DNA of 64,000 bases from Narcine bancroftii (GCF_036971445.1 NC_091471.1:235352001-235416000); one strand, 5' to 3'; counted from the first letter of the stretch, positions 35,001-46,726 are shown. The notes: a model not told the origin generated them from the sequence alone. Made by a program: numbers and translations.

Positions 35001-38000
35001 TCAGGCTCCTGGATCAATGGTAGCAGAGTGAAGAGGGCCTGGCTTAGGGGGGTAGGGCCTCTATCCTCTTTGAGGATAGAGGCCGCTTTTTGAAGACCCC
35101 CACCTCATGTCCTGATAGAGTGACGTCTGGTGCCCGTGATGTTGCAGGCCGAGTGAACAACCCTCTGGAGTTTATTCTTGCCCCAAGAGTTGGCGCTTCC
35201 ATGCCAGGCAGTGATGCAACTGGCCAGAATGTTCTCCAAGGTCCACCTGTAGAGGTTTTACGAGAGTTTTCGGTGACGACTAAATCTCCTCAGTCCCCTT
35301 CACAAGTCTCACCACTGACGAGCCTTCCTTGTGATTGCATCAACGTGGAGGCTCCAGGACAGATCCTCGGAGATGGTGACCCCAGGAATTTGACGTTCGT
35401 GACCCTCTCTACCCTCAATGATGATTGGGTTGTGTTCCCCAAACTGCCTCCTGACATCCACCATCATCTCCTTGGTTTTGCTGACATTGAGGAAAGTTGC
35501 TGTTGTGGACCCCATTCAACGAGCTGATCCACCTCCCTCCTGTACCCTTTCTTGTTGCCGTCTGTGATTCTGCCGACAACCGTGGTGTCATCGGCAAACA
35601 TGTTCAGCATTGGAGTTGTGCCTGGCTACACAGTCGTGGGTGTATAATGAGTAGAGCAGTGGGGTAAGCATGGAGCCTTGGGGGGCACCTGTGTTGGTCA
35701 TCAGTGAGGAGGAATGCTACTTCCAATTCGTACTGACCGTAGTCTCCAATGAGGAAGTCAAGGATCCAGTTGCAAAGTGGGGGTACAGAGGCCCAGGGTT
35801 TGGAGCTTGTTGACCAGCACTGACGGAATAATGGTGTTGAAGGCTGAGCTGTAGTCGATGAAGAGCACATGTGTATATGAGTTGCTGTTTTTGAGGTGAT
35901 CCACAGGAAGAGAGGGCACAGGGGTGGGAGGAAGGAGAGAGAGAGGGGGGAGAGTAGGGGAATGAGGAGAGACCCCGGTCAGTCTACAGAAAGAGAGAGA
36001 GAGAGAGTGGCGGGGGGGGGGGGAATGGAGAGACCCCGGTCAATGTTCAGGTATCCCACTGAGAGAGGGGGATGGAGAGACCCCGGTTAGTATACAGATA
36101 TCCCCCTGAGAGGGAGGGACGGAAAGACCCAGTCATTGTACAGATATCCTCTTGAGAGAGAGGGGCAGAGAGACCCCGGTCATTGTACAGATATACCCCT
36201 GAGAGAGGGATGGAGAGACCCCGGTCAGTGTACAGATATCCCCCTGAAAGAGAGAGGGACGGAAAGACCCGGGTCAATGTACAGATATCCCCCTGAAAGA
36301 GTGAGGTACGGAAAGACCCCGGTCAGTGTACAGATATCCCCTTGAGAGAGAGGGACGGAGGGACCCCAGTCAGTGTACAGATATCCCCCGAGAGAGAGGG
36401 ACGGAGGGACCCCAGTCAGTGTACAGAATATCCCCCTGAGAGAGAGGGACAGAGTGAACCTGGTCAGCGTACAGATATCCCCCTGAGAGAGAGGGACGGA
36501 GAGACCCCGGTCATTGTACAGATATTCCCCTGAGAGGGACGGACAGACCCCGGTCAGTGTACAGATATCTCCCGAGAGAGAGGGACGGAGAGACCCCGTC
36601 AATGTACAAATATCCCCCTGAGAGAGGGACAGAGAGACCCTGATCAGTGTACAGATATTCCCCTGAGAGGGACGGACAGACCCCGGTCAGGGTATAGATA
36701 TCTCCCTGGGAGAGAGGGACGGAAAGACCCCAGTTGGTGCAAAGTCTCAGATACCACACACCTTTCTTACCTTTCAGCATCCAGGTGAGTGAGGCTCCTG
36801 CCACTGTGGCTGACCTGTCCCCCACTCCCACTCCCCTCAGTACGACTGTGTGGCCAGGGCTCCTGTGATGGTGCTGGCAAATGCCTATAGGGAGGGGTTG
36901 TTGGTGAGTGGGGAGGGTGGGACAGACATGTTCGTTAAAACCTGCCCTAATCGCTCAACCAAAAACTCCTCCACCCATCCCTGACTCCGTGATCTGGGGT
37001 GGGTTCAGACATTACAACACGGTAACAGGCCTCTTCGCCCATCTTGTCTGTGCCTCGTTCCACTGACCTGTCCATATCCCTCCTGTCCAAATGTCAAAAC
37101 TAAATCAAGCCTTGTGTTCACCACTTCACCTAGCCCCACCACTCCCTGCTTGAAATTCCCCTCCCATGTCCACCCTAAATTTCTCCCCTTTCACCCTCAA
37201 GGACACGAGAACTAGGGGCAGGGGCATTCGGCCCGTTGAGCCTGCTCTGCCCTTCATGTAATCGCAATTGATCTGATGTTGGCCTCATCTCCACCTTCTC
37301 CCCACTTCCCTTAATTCCCTGACGATGTACAAATGCATCCAACCTTGTCCTAACTGAGGTTGCCTCCATTGCTTCCACGGTCAGTGGATTTCCCACCCTC
37401 TGTGGAAAGCAGTTCCACCTCATCTCTGTCCTAAATCTACTCCCCTAGATTTTGAGCCTATGTCCCCTCGTCCCCACTGATGGGAACAACTTACACACCT
37501 CCTCTTAATTCATAATTTTATGTTTCTGTAAGATCCACTTTCATTCCTCTCAATTCCAGCGAGCCCAGTCCAAACCAACCTAGTTAACCTCCTCTGCACC
37601 ACCTCTAGATCTCGAGAATGGAGACCAGAACTGCACGCAGTTTTCCAGATGCGGCCTCATCAGGACCTCGTTCAGTTGCAGCAGGACCTCCCTGCTCCTA
37701 AATTTGGTCCTCCAGCAATGAAGGTTTGTATCTCACCCAGCCTTAGTGGGAAACGTCGACCTACATTTACTCTGTCTGTCCCCTCATTATTTTAAATACC
37801 TCGATCAATCTCCCCTCATTCTTCTAGGCTCCAGGGAATCAAGTCCTAATTTGTTTAACCTTTCCCTGTAACTCAGTTTCTGAAGTCCAGGCAACATCCT
37901 AGTAATTCTTCTCTGCACTCTTTCCATCTCATTGATATCTTTCCAAATTTGGCCTCACCAATGTCTTATACAACTTTACCATAACATCTCAACTCTTATG

Positions 38001-38977
38001 CTCGATACTTTGATTTATGAAGGCCATTATGCCAAAAGCTCCCTTTACAACCCTGTCTACCTGTGATGCCACTTTCAGGGAATTATGTATCAGTATTCCC
38101 AGATCCCTCTCTTCTCCACACTCAGTGTCCAGAACTCTCCTGCTGCCTCCACCCCCCCTGCACTCACCTGTACTGTGTCCCAGGTCTGGTAGGGAAGGTA
38201 GTCTGTGCTCACACTCTCTGGGTAACCTTGTGGGAGGAAGACATCCTGCAAGAGAGAGAGGCGTGTGTGGTGGTTCGGAGACATGTCAATACTGTTTAAC
38301 ACGCGCGTGGCCAGTTGGAGACACATCAGTGCTGTTTAACACGCATGTGGCCAGTTGGAGACACGTCAGTGCTGTTTAACAAGCGTGTGGCAGGTTGGAG
38401 ACACGTCAGTATAATTTAACTTGCGTGTCGCATCATAGAGCCTCGTCAGTATCATTTGACGTGTGTGGCATCTCATATACATGTCAGTACCGTTGGACAT
38501 GCATGTGGTACATCAAACACATTTATACTATTCTGACGCACGTGTAGCGCTCAGTGACACATCCCCAGCATTTTCTGCTCCTCCCTCCCCCCCAGCATTA
38601 CCTCCCCCCCAGCATTACCCCCCCCCCCCCAGCTGTGGTTTGAGTCCCAACCAGTTCTGACAGTTCGTGGGCTCTCCCTCCTCCATCCAAGACCAAGGAT
38701 CTTCTCCCCCCTCCCAACCTCCCCTTCCCCACCTTACCCCCACTCCCCATCCCTCTCCCCTCCACCACTCACCCTTCCCCACCCCTCTCCCCTCCACCAC
38801 TCCCCCTTCCCACCGTTCCCCCTTCCCCCCCCTCTCACTGAGAGTGCTGCCACCAGGGAGCCAGCTGTTTGGCCCTTCTGAACCTGCTCTTCCCTCAGCC
38901 TCCCCTGTGGGTCCGGGGATGTAGTGGCAGGTCACACCCGTGCCGTAGCGCTCCATGCAGAGAACCGTCCTGTCCAT
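25904..38977 (-). CDS. RUSF1: RUSF1 (C16orf58), RUS family member 1; 13 coding exons with 8 single-base indels in this assembly
   Basis: VFLPQGYPESVS.DYLPYQ.WD.VQ, AFAS, GRILFAW.KG, AKQWR, ADILNDVA, HQARRDNMADVSAKD, ETLVNLAG, LHLYANYRAVRSVVMETLN, GW.TE.NQL..EEWR; all introns GT-AG. Confidence 0.93.
26875..27033 (-). CDS. RUSF1: RUSF1 coding exon 12
   Basis: tccag|GEVCVSLREGAGSQDMIQGALHAEIL...QREVQT|gtgagt. Confidence 0.82.
27329..27400 (-). CDS. RUSF1: RUSF1 coding exon 11
   Basis: cacag|TDDYERAIQNN..NYLIGVHQKT|gtgagt; one extra base near 27360-27366. Confidence 0.75.
27558..27615 (-). CDS. RUSF1: RUSF1 coding exon 10
   Basis: ttcag|AFCRREKVRLGTSLNTILH|gtcagt; phases fit both neighbours. 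Confidence 0.8.
28055..28239 (-). CDS. RUSF1: RUSF1 coding exon 9
   Basis: tacag|LTHLLFCLFTALHLYANYRAVRSVVMETLNPSRLRLLL...REPLLP|gtcagt, intact. Confidence 0.93.
28555..28850. other. Assembly gap (296 N) within a polypurine tract
   Basis: N run. Confidence 0.99.
29606..29675 (-). CDS. RUSF1: RUSF1 coding exon 8
   Basis: cacag|ETLVNLA(G)LVTSILLSPFTSDHL|gtacgt; one G missing near 29654. Confidence 0.88.
30651..30752 (-). CDS. RUSF1: RUSF1 coding exon 7
   Basis: cccag|SIVGVSGGASRAALTLHQARRDNMADVSAKDGSQ|gtagg; +1 G near 30697-30699 and -1 G near 30657. Confidence 0.9.
31755..31980 (-). mobile_element. tRNA-derived SINE (V-SINE-like)
   Basis: Reverse complement contains GCTGTCTAAGGAGTTTATATG..GGGTTTTCCCCC..CTCCGGTTCCTCC; same family as 16021. 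Confidence 0.65.
32056..32162 (-). CDS. RUSF1: RUSF1 coding exon 6
   Basis: cccag|MLADILNDVAIFIEIVAPLFS..FTLLICVSCLLK|gtggg; one extra base near 32091-32095. Confidence 0.88.
32190..32680. repeat. About 50-bp minisatellite filling RUSF1 intron 5
   Basis: GGGTGGGACACAGAGTGAA..CCCTCTCCCC..CCCGTCACACACTCC units. Confidence 0.88.
32696..32729 (-). CDS. RUSF1: RUSF1 coding exon 5
   Basis: cacag|TQLDRDAKQWR|gtgaa; 34 nt, one G more than the phase requires. Confidence 0.82.
33085..33705 (+). mobile_element. CR1 RT fragment containing a short in-situ 28-bp array (33198-33397)
   Basis: SVWGPRLF.IFIKDLDE..SKFA..TKVGG then about 7 units, then CR1 resumes (KCEMMHFGRTN). Confidence 0.85.
34219..34264 (-). 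CDS. RUSF1: RUSF1 coding exon 4
   Basis: tccag|DGTSMIGRILFAWVKG|gtgaga, 46 nt. Confidence 0.9.
34790..35900 (-). mobile_element. Rex1/Babar-type LINE 3' half
   Basis: LCNWILDFL, LNVSKTKEMMVD, GVTISEDLSWSLHVDAITRKARQ. Confidence 0.85.
35965..36735. repeat. About 44-bp minisatellite in RUSF1 intron 3
   Basis: GAGAGAGGGACGGAGAGACCCCGGTCAGTGTACAGATATCCCCCT units. Confidence 0.9.
36771..36884 (-). CDS. RUSF1: RUSF1 coding exon 3
   Basis: atag|AFASTITGALATQS(VL)RGVGVGDRSATVAGASLTWMLK|gtaag; one G missing near 36843. Confidence 0.9.
37005..38110 (-). mobile_element. Nested CR1 fragments
   Basis: CR1 3' UTR and RT C-terminal signatures (e.g. GAGACCAGAACTGCACGCAG, TTTGGCCTCACCAATGTCTT on plus). 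Confidence 0.7.
38168..38245 (-). CDS. RUSF1: RUSF1 coding exon 2
   Basis: tgcag|DVFLPQGYPESVSTDYLPYQTWDTVQ|gtgagt. Confidence 0.93.
38275..38435. repeat. 40-bp tandem repeat x4
   Basis: GGAGACACGTCAGTGCTGTTTAACACGCGTGTGGCCAGTT units. Confidence 0.85.
38839..38977 (-). CDS. RUSF1: RUSF1 coding exon 1
   Basis: Acceptor cacag at 38986-38988 then GCCATGG; MDRTVLCMERYGTG...; removing one G at 38902-38905 gives ...GSLVAALS|gtgaga in phase 0. Confidence 0.7.
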
Positions 38978-39169
38978 GGCTGGGTCTGTGGGGAAAGGAA
39001 GGGAGGGGGGGAGGAGGAAGGGGGATGGTTCAGGGAGGGTTGGAGGGGAAGGGAAGGAATTAAAATTCAGCTCAACAAACCCAGGGGTCCCGAACAGATC
39101 CACTGCTGATTGCAATTGGCCATTGATACGCCACACTCTCCCTCGCCCCTCCATATCCTATGTCCCCTA

Positions 39170-41897
39170 GACTGAACCCTATCCCTCCATCCCTCCCAGT
39201 CTCTAATCATCCCTCCCCAGTCTCTAATCATCCCTCCCATTCCCTCACATCACTTCCTCTCTCTCTCCACTCCCCTTCCTCTCTCTCCTTCCCCTCCCCT
39301 TTCTCTCCCCCTCCCCTTCCCCCATTCTCACCCCCTCTCCTTTCCCCTCCTCCCCCTCTCTTCCTCACCCCTCTCCCTGACCACCCTCTTTCTTCACTCC
39401 CGTCACCTCTTCCCCCTCCCTTTCTCTCCAACCTCTCTCATCCCCTTCGCCTCACCCCCTTCCCCCTCACCACCCCCTCCCACTCACCCACTCCCCACCC
39501 CTCCCCCACACCCCCTCTCTTCCCTCCACACCCATCAACTTCCCCAACCCCTCACCCCCCTTCCCACTCCACTCTTCCCCCACTCCTTTTCCCCTCTCCT
39601 TTTCCCCCTCTCCTTTTCCCCCTCTCCTTTCCCTCTCCTTTTCCCCTCTCCTTTCCCCCTTCTCCCTTTCCCCTCCCTTTCCCTTTCCCTCACCCTTTCC
39701 CAATCCTCACTCCCTTTCCCCCTCAACCTCTTCCCTCCCATTTCCCATCCTTCCCCTCCCTTTTCCCTCACCATTTTCCCTCTCCTCCCTCACCCCTCCC
39801 ATTCCACCCTTCCCCTCCCTTTTTCCCTCTCCTCCCTCATTCTCCCCCTCCCTCTTACCCCCACCCACTAACTCTCCCCATCACCTTCCCCTCACACTCT
39901 TTCCCCCACACTCTCACCCAACCATGCACTCCCACTCTTTCCCCTCTCTCCATCTCTTTACCCACTCTTCCCCCTCCCTTTCTCCCTTCCTCCTCCCACT
40001 TCTCCCTTTGCCCTTCCTCCTCCCCTCTCCATTTCCCCCTCTCCCCACCACCTCTCCTTTCCCCTTTTCCTCTCCCTCCCCCCTCACCCTCTCCCCTCCC
40101 CATTTCCACTTCCACGTTCTAACCCTCCCTTCCCCCTTTCCATTTCCCCTTCCCTGTTCTCCCCTTTCCTTCAAAAAACAAAAAAAAAAAAAAAAAATAA
40201 AAAAATAAAAAAAAAAAAAAAAATAACCCTCCCCTTCTCCCCTCTCCCTCCCCTCTACCTTCTCCTCACCCTTTCCCCCTCCCCTCCGCTTCCCCATCCC
40301 CTCCATTTCCACCCCCTTCTGCTTCTCTCTCTCCCCATCGCCCTTCCCTTTCCCTTCCCCCTCACCATTTCCCCTCCCTCTCTCCCTTTCCCCTCACTCT
40401 CTCCCTTTCCCCCTCACCTTCTCCCCTCCCCTTTCCATTCTTCCCCTCCCTTTCCCCCTCGCTCCCCTTCCACTCTCTCACCCCCTCCCTTCCTGTCCCT
40501 CCTCCCTTGCCCTCCATCTACCCTTCCCCACACTCTTTCCCCACCCCTTCTCCTCCCCTTCTCCCTCCATGTCTCCTTTCCCCTTCTCCCCTCTCTCCAT
40601 TTCCCCTTCCCCATTTTCCCCCTCCCCTACTCCCTCTCTCCCTCCCTTTCCCCTCCCCTTCTCCTCTTCTTCCCCTCCCTTTCACTCTCCCCCTCTCTCT
40701 ACCCCTTCCCCTCCCACTCTCTCACCCACTCTCTCCTCCCCACTCTCTTTCCCCCTCTGCACCTACATTTCTCCATTCTTCCCTCTCCACCTACCTTTCC
40801 CCACTCTTCCCCTCCCCCTCTCCTCCCTTCTCCCCTCCATTTCCTCCCCTCTCCTTCTCTCTACCCCTTCCCCTCTCTCATCCCCTCCCACTTTCTCACC
40901 CACTCCCTTACTCTCCCTCCTCCCATCTCTCCCACACTCCACCTAATTTTCCCCACACTTCCCCTCTAACCCCCCCGTCTCCCTTTCTCCTCCCCCTTCA
41001 TCCCCTCTCCCTTTTCCATTTCCCACTTCTCTCTTTCCCCTCCCTTCTCCCTCTCCCTTTTCCTCCTCTCTTCCCCTCTCTCACCTCTGCCTTTCCCCTC
41101 CCCTCTCTCCCTTCCCCCTGCCCTTTTCCCCCTCCCTTTACCCCTCCCCTCTTCATTTTCCTCTCCCCCTCTCCTTCCCCTTCCACGTTCTCCCCCTCCC
41201 CTTCTTCACTCTCCCTTTTGCCTTCCACCTCCCCTTCTCACCCTCTGCCTTTCCCCTTCCCCCCTTCTCACCCTCTGCCTTTCCCCCACTTCCTTCCCCC
41301 TCCCCTTCTCCCTCTCCCCGCCCTCCCCTTCTCCCTCTCCCCGCCCTCCCCTTCTCCCTCTCCCCGCCCTCCCCTTCTCCCTCTCCCCGCCCTCCTCCCT
41401 CTCCCCGCCCTCCCTTCTCCCTCTCCCCGCCCTCCCCTTCTCCCTCTCCCCGCCCTCCCCTTCTCCCTCTCCCCGCCCTCCCCTTCTCCCTCTCCCCGCC
41501 CTCCCCTTCTCCCTCTCACCACTCACCCATTCTCCCTCTCCCTTGCCCCCCCCCATCCCACTCTCCCTTTCCCCTTCTCCCCTCTCCCTTTTGCCCTTCT
41601 CCCCTCTCCCTTTTGCCCTCCCCTTCTCCCCTCTGCCTTTCCCCTCCCTTCCCCCTCCCTTTCCGCTCTCCCCTCTCTCACCCACTCCTTACTCTCCTCC
41701 CCCCTCTCCACCTATCTTTCCCAACTCTTCCCCTCGTTCCCTCTCCCCTTTCCCCCTCCTCTTCTCCCTTTCCCTCTCCCTCTCCACCTCCCCTTCTCCC
41801 TTCTTCCCCACTCCCTTTCCCTTTCTCCCTCCACTTTCTCCGTTTCCCCCTTTTCCTCCACCTTCTCCCCTCCCGCTTTCCCCATCCCCTCCATTTA
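39170..41897. repeat. 2.7-kb polypyrimidine low-complexity tract ending in a gap
   Basis: Almost pure C/T on plus strand. Confidence 0.9.
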
Positions 41898-42097
41898 NNN
41901 NNNNNNNNNNNNNNNNNNNNNNNNNNNNNNNNNNNNNNNNNNNNNNNNNNNNNNNNNNNNNNNNNNNNNNNNNNNNNNNNNNNNNNNNNNNNNNNNNNNN
42001 NNNNNNNNNNNNNNNNNNNNNNNNNNNNNNNNNNNNNNNNNNNNNNNNNNNNNNNNNNNNNNNNNNNNNNNNNNNNNNNNNNNNNNNNNNNNNNNNN
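41898..42097. other. Assembly gap (200 N)
   Basis: N run. Confidence 0.99.
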
Positions 42098-42268
42098 TAG
42101 AAAACTCACACAGACACAGGGAGAGCGGGCAAACTTCTCACAGATAGTGCAGGATTTTAACCCTGATTCTGATCAATGGTCTTGGACCAGCAATACACTA
42201 ACTGCTTTGCTAAATGCCCTTGAAGACTAGCTTCCAATAACTATCCCACTAACCTGCCTGGCAACCTT

Positions 42269-45200
42269 TTTAAATTTTTAAAATTTTTCACACTATAAAC
42301 CATATTGACCAAGATACATACAGACATTTTTCTTCTTAAATATATACAGTGTCGTTTTCTCCCCCTTTTTCCTCCCTCCCTTCCCTCCCTCCCTCACTCC
42401 CTTACCCATTCATTTAAAGTTCAATCTATAAGATACATTAAACCCGTTAAACAATGTTGTCACTTAATAAAAATAAACAAGAAATTTTACTGAGTCAGTT
42501 CTTTTCGTTATCTTCTCCTTCTGTCATTTTAGATGGTGGAAGTCCACGGTAGGATTTCTCTATTGTGTTTCATGTATGGCTCCCATATTTGTTTGAATAT
42601 TGTGATGTTATTTCTTAAATTATATGTTTTTTTTTCTAATGGAATACATTTATTCATTTCTATATACCATTGTTGTATTCTCAAGTTGTCTTCTAATTTC
42701 CAGGTTGACATAATACATTTTTTTGCTACAGCTAGGGCTATCATAACAAATCTTTTTTGTTCTCCATCCAAATCGAGTCCAAATTCTTTATTTCTTATAT
42801 TACTTAGGAGGAAGATCTCTGGGTTTTTTGGTATATTGCTTTCTGTGATTTTATTTAGTATCTGGTTTAGATCTTCCCAAAATTTTTCCACTTTCTCACA
42901 TGTCCAAATTGCATGAATTGTTGTTCCATTTCCTTTTTACAGCGAAAACATCTGTCTGATACTGTTGGGTCCCATTTATTTAACTTTTGAGGTGTGATGT
43001 ATAGCCTATGTATCCAGTTATATTGTATCATGCGTAACCTTGTGTTTATTGTATTTCTCATGGTTCCGGAGCATAGTTTCTCCCATGTTTCATTCTTTAT
43101 CTTTATGCTTAGATCTTGTTCCCATTTTTGTTTAGGTTTACCATTTGTTTCCTCATTCTCCTTGTAGTTTAATATACATGTTTGTTTCAAATTTTTTGAT
43201 TATCATTGTGTCTGTAATCACATATTCAAAATTGCTTCCCTCTGGTAACCTCAGACTGTTTCCCAATTTGTCCTTCAAGTAGGTTTTCAGTTGGTGGTAT
43301 GCAAACATTGTATCGTGAGTAATATTTGTCCTTCATTTGTTCAAAGGATAATAATTTATTTCCCGAAAAACAATTTTCTATTCTTTTTATCCCTTTTCTC
43401 TCCCATTCTCTGAACGAAAGATTATCTATTGTGAAAGGGATTAGTTGATTTTGCATCAATATTAGTTTTGGTAGTTGGTAATTTGTTTTATTCCTTTCTA
43501 CGTGAATCTTCTTCCAAATGTTGAGCAGATGATGCAATACCGGTGAATTCCTACGTTGCACCAATTTTTCATCCCATTTATATAGTATATGTTCAGGTAT
43601 CTTCTCCCCTATTTTATCTAGTTCTAATCTGGTCCAATCTGGTTTTTCCCTTGTTTGATAAAAATCTGATAGGTATCTTAATTGTGCGGCTCTATAATAA
43701 TTCTTAAAGTTTGGTAGTTGTAAGCCTCCTCGTTTGTACCATTCTGTTAATTTATCTAGTGCTATCCTCAGTTTCCCCCCTTTCCATAAGAATTTCCTTA
43801 TTATTTTCTTTAGCTCCTTGAAGAATTTCTCTGTTAGGTGAATTGGTAATGACTGAAATAGGTATTGTATCCTTGGGAAAATGTTCATTTTAATACAGTT
43901 TATCCTTCCTATCAGTGTTAGTGGTAAGTCTTTCCAATGCTCTAAGTCGTCTTGTAATTTTTTTCATTAATGGATGATAATTTAGTTTATATAGATGGCC
44001 GAGATTTTTATTTAGTTGTATACCTAGGTATCGCATTGCTTGTGTATGCCATTTAAATGGTGATTCTTTCTTAAACTGCTTAAGTTAAATTGTTTTAATA
44101 TATATCCATTTACTGTCACTTTCGCCAATGGCCCCTTACATAATGCTTTAATCCAATTAATATATTTCTCTGGTAGGCTGAATTTTTGTAGTACTTTGAA
44201 TAAATAATTCCATTCTACTCTGTCAAAGGCCTTCTCTGCGTTTAAAGCAACCGCTACTGTTGGAGTTTTATTTCCTTCTACTGCATGAATTAAGTTATTA
44301 AATTTACAGATATTGTCCGTTGTTCGTCTTTTTTTAATAAATCCAGTTTGGTCTAGATTTACTATTTTTGGTACATAGTCGGCCAATCTGTTTGCTAATA
44401 GTTTAGCTATTATCTTATAATCTGTGTTAAGTAGAGATATTAGTCTATATGATGCTGGTGCTAGTGGATCTTTCCCTGTCATTTCATACTTTGTTTATCT
44501 TTCCTTTCCATTTTCCTCATCACCACCTTCCCTTCTTATCCATTTCTGCTTTCTTTTTTTGAACACATTATAAGACAACCTTTCTAAAACATAAAACATT
44601 TCCACTATTCACATATCTAAAATTCCTTTAACCCCAATAGTCCCTCCCCTTTCTGAGTTGCCCTTTGTCCTTTGTTGGGCACCCACATCTCCCCTCTCCA
44701 TTTGGATTTGCGAATCCGCTCGCAAGCGTCAACTGATTTCGCAATGACTGTTATTCTTCCCCACCCAGCGCCCCCCCAGAAAAGATTTTAATCTTCAAAT
44801 ATATAACAAAGGTCACTCTCTTAATTCCCTCCTTACTTCCTTTCTTCCCTTTCTTTCCCATATATATATATATATAGTTTGTTGTCATTTTTGTTCTTGT
44901 TACATCTCTTCCTCTCTCTGTCTGTTTTGTAGTTGTTCTGCAAATTTTTGTGCTTTTTCCGGATCCAAGAATAGTTTGCTTTGCTGCCCCGGGATAACTA
45001 TTTTAAGTACCGCTGGGTATTTTAACATAAATTTATAACCTTTTTTCCATAGGGTCGTTTTTGCTGCGTTAAACTCCTTCCTCTTCTTCAGGAGTTCAAA
45101 ACTTATATCTGGATAGAAAAAAAATTTTTGACCTTTGTATTCCAGTGGCTTTTTGTCTTCTCTTATTTTCTTCATTGCTTTCTCCAATATATTTTCTCTT

Positions 45201-46345
45201 GTTGTATATCTTAGGAATTTTACTAAAATGGATCTTGGTTTTTGTTGTGGTTGTGGTTTAGGGGCTAATGTTCTGTGTGCCCTTTCTATTTCCATTTCTT
45301 CCTGTAATTCTGGTCTTCCTAGGACCCTGGGGATCCATTCTTTTATAAATTCTTTCATATTTTTGCCTTCTTCATCTTCCTTAAGGCCCACTATCTTTAT
45401 ATTGTTTCTTCTATTATAATTTTCCATTATATCTATCTTCTGAGCTAACAGCTCCTGTGTTTCTTTAACTTTTTTATCAGATTCTTCTAATTTCTTTTTT
45501 AAGTCATCTACTTCCATTTCTATGGCTGTTTCTCGTTCTTCCATCTTGTCTACTCTTTTCCCTATTTCTGTCATGATCATCTCTAATCTATTCACTTTTT
45601 CTTCTGTACTTTTTATTCTTCTTTTTATTTCACTGAATTCTTGTGAATGCCATTCTTTTACTGTTTCCATATATTCTTTAAAAAAAAATATATCCATGTA
45701 CTTGCCCTTCCCTTCATCTCCCATTTCTCTGTGTTCTTCCTCCTCTTCTTCTGAGTCCACTCCAGGATCTGTGTCCTTTACCTCTGTCTCTTCTGGTTTT
45801 CTTGTTGGGTATTTTTGTTCTTCTTATTTTTATTAAAAGTGTCTTGGTGTTGATCTTCTTCCTCTGAGTTGGTCATCTGTTGTTTCTTTGATTTCCTATT
45901 TTTATTCTCTTCCTTCTTGTTCCCGTTATTTTCTATGTTTTCCTGTTGAGAGTCTTGCTGTCGTGTTATACTTGTATGTTTCGGCTGTGGAGATTTACTC
46001 CTCAGCTGGTCCCCCCTCATGTCGGTGTTGTTTTTGTCTTGTGCATCGCTCCGTGAGCCATCTTTGTAGTCCTGAGATCGGGGTTTCCACTGACCTCAGG
46101 GACCTCTCTCCACGGTGGGCTTCCTCGTACCGGTAAGGCCTTCACCTTCCTCTTCTGACGTCCTTCCTTCTTCTTTTCTTCCCGTTGTTTTTGGTTTTTC
46201 TTTCTTTGCTGCCATTTTCTCCACACTTTCACTTTCAATTTGTATTGGTTTCTGTGTTAGTGACTTTGTTTTTTCTCTACCTGTTTTTAACTTTTCTGGA
46301 GGGCTGGAATTCCCCTACCGGCCACTACTCCATCACGTGACTCCT
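42269..46345 (-). mobile_element. L1-clade LINE with both ends, ORF1 and internally deleted ORF2; 16-bp TSD
   Basis: ORF1 44900-45760 (coiled coil, NRRNNIKIVGL, EIERAHR, PRSILVKFLRY); TSD CCTGCCTGGCAACCTT at 42253-42268 and 46346-46361; poly-A tail. Confidence 0.95.
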
Positions 46346-46610
46346 CCTGCCTGGCAACCTTGAGAGATGGAGAGATTTGGACCCCGAGGTTCTTCCATGC
46401 TGTTAAGAATCCTAATTTATCAGGAATAATGTGTATCTTTGGTTCAAAAAAGATATAACTTTACTTTCTCTGGATGTGCTGTGTTCCTCCAGCATTTACA
46501 ACTGTGGATTTCTGTGAGTCACGAGACGTGCTCTCTGGCAGTGCACACAAATGCCAAAGGAGTTTGGCACGGACCTGATGCATTGACATGGTGTCTGTTT
46601 CCTCCCACAG

Positions 46611-46726
46611 GGTGAGGCACAGCGTCGACTGGAACTCCTCCACACCACCGTCTTCTCCCTGGCCTTCTCTCCCTGCGGGAAGTATCTGGCTGCGGGGAAC
46701 AACTATGGCCAGGTCGGCATCTTCAG
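46611..46726 (+). CDS. THOC6: THOC6 exon 2
   Basis: cacag|[38 protein letters not shown](S)|gtggg. Confidence 0.93.

Noticed and set aside
39160-42230. Pro/Leu/Ser-rich ORFs
   Set aside because: Polypyrimidine low complexity, and some read through N runs.
44900-45760. Domesticated L1TD1-like gene
   Set aside because: It is ORF1 inside a TSD-flanked L1 with a disrupted 5' part.
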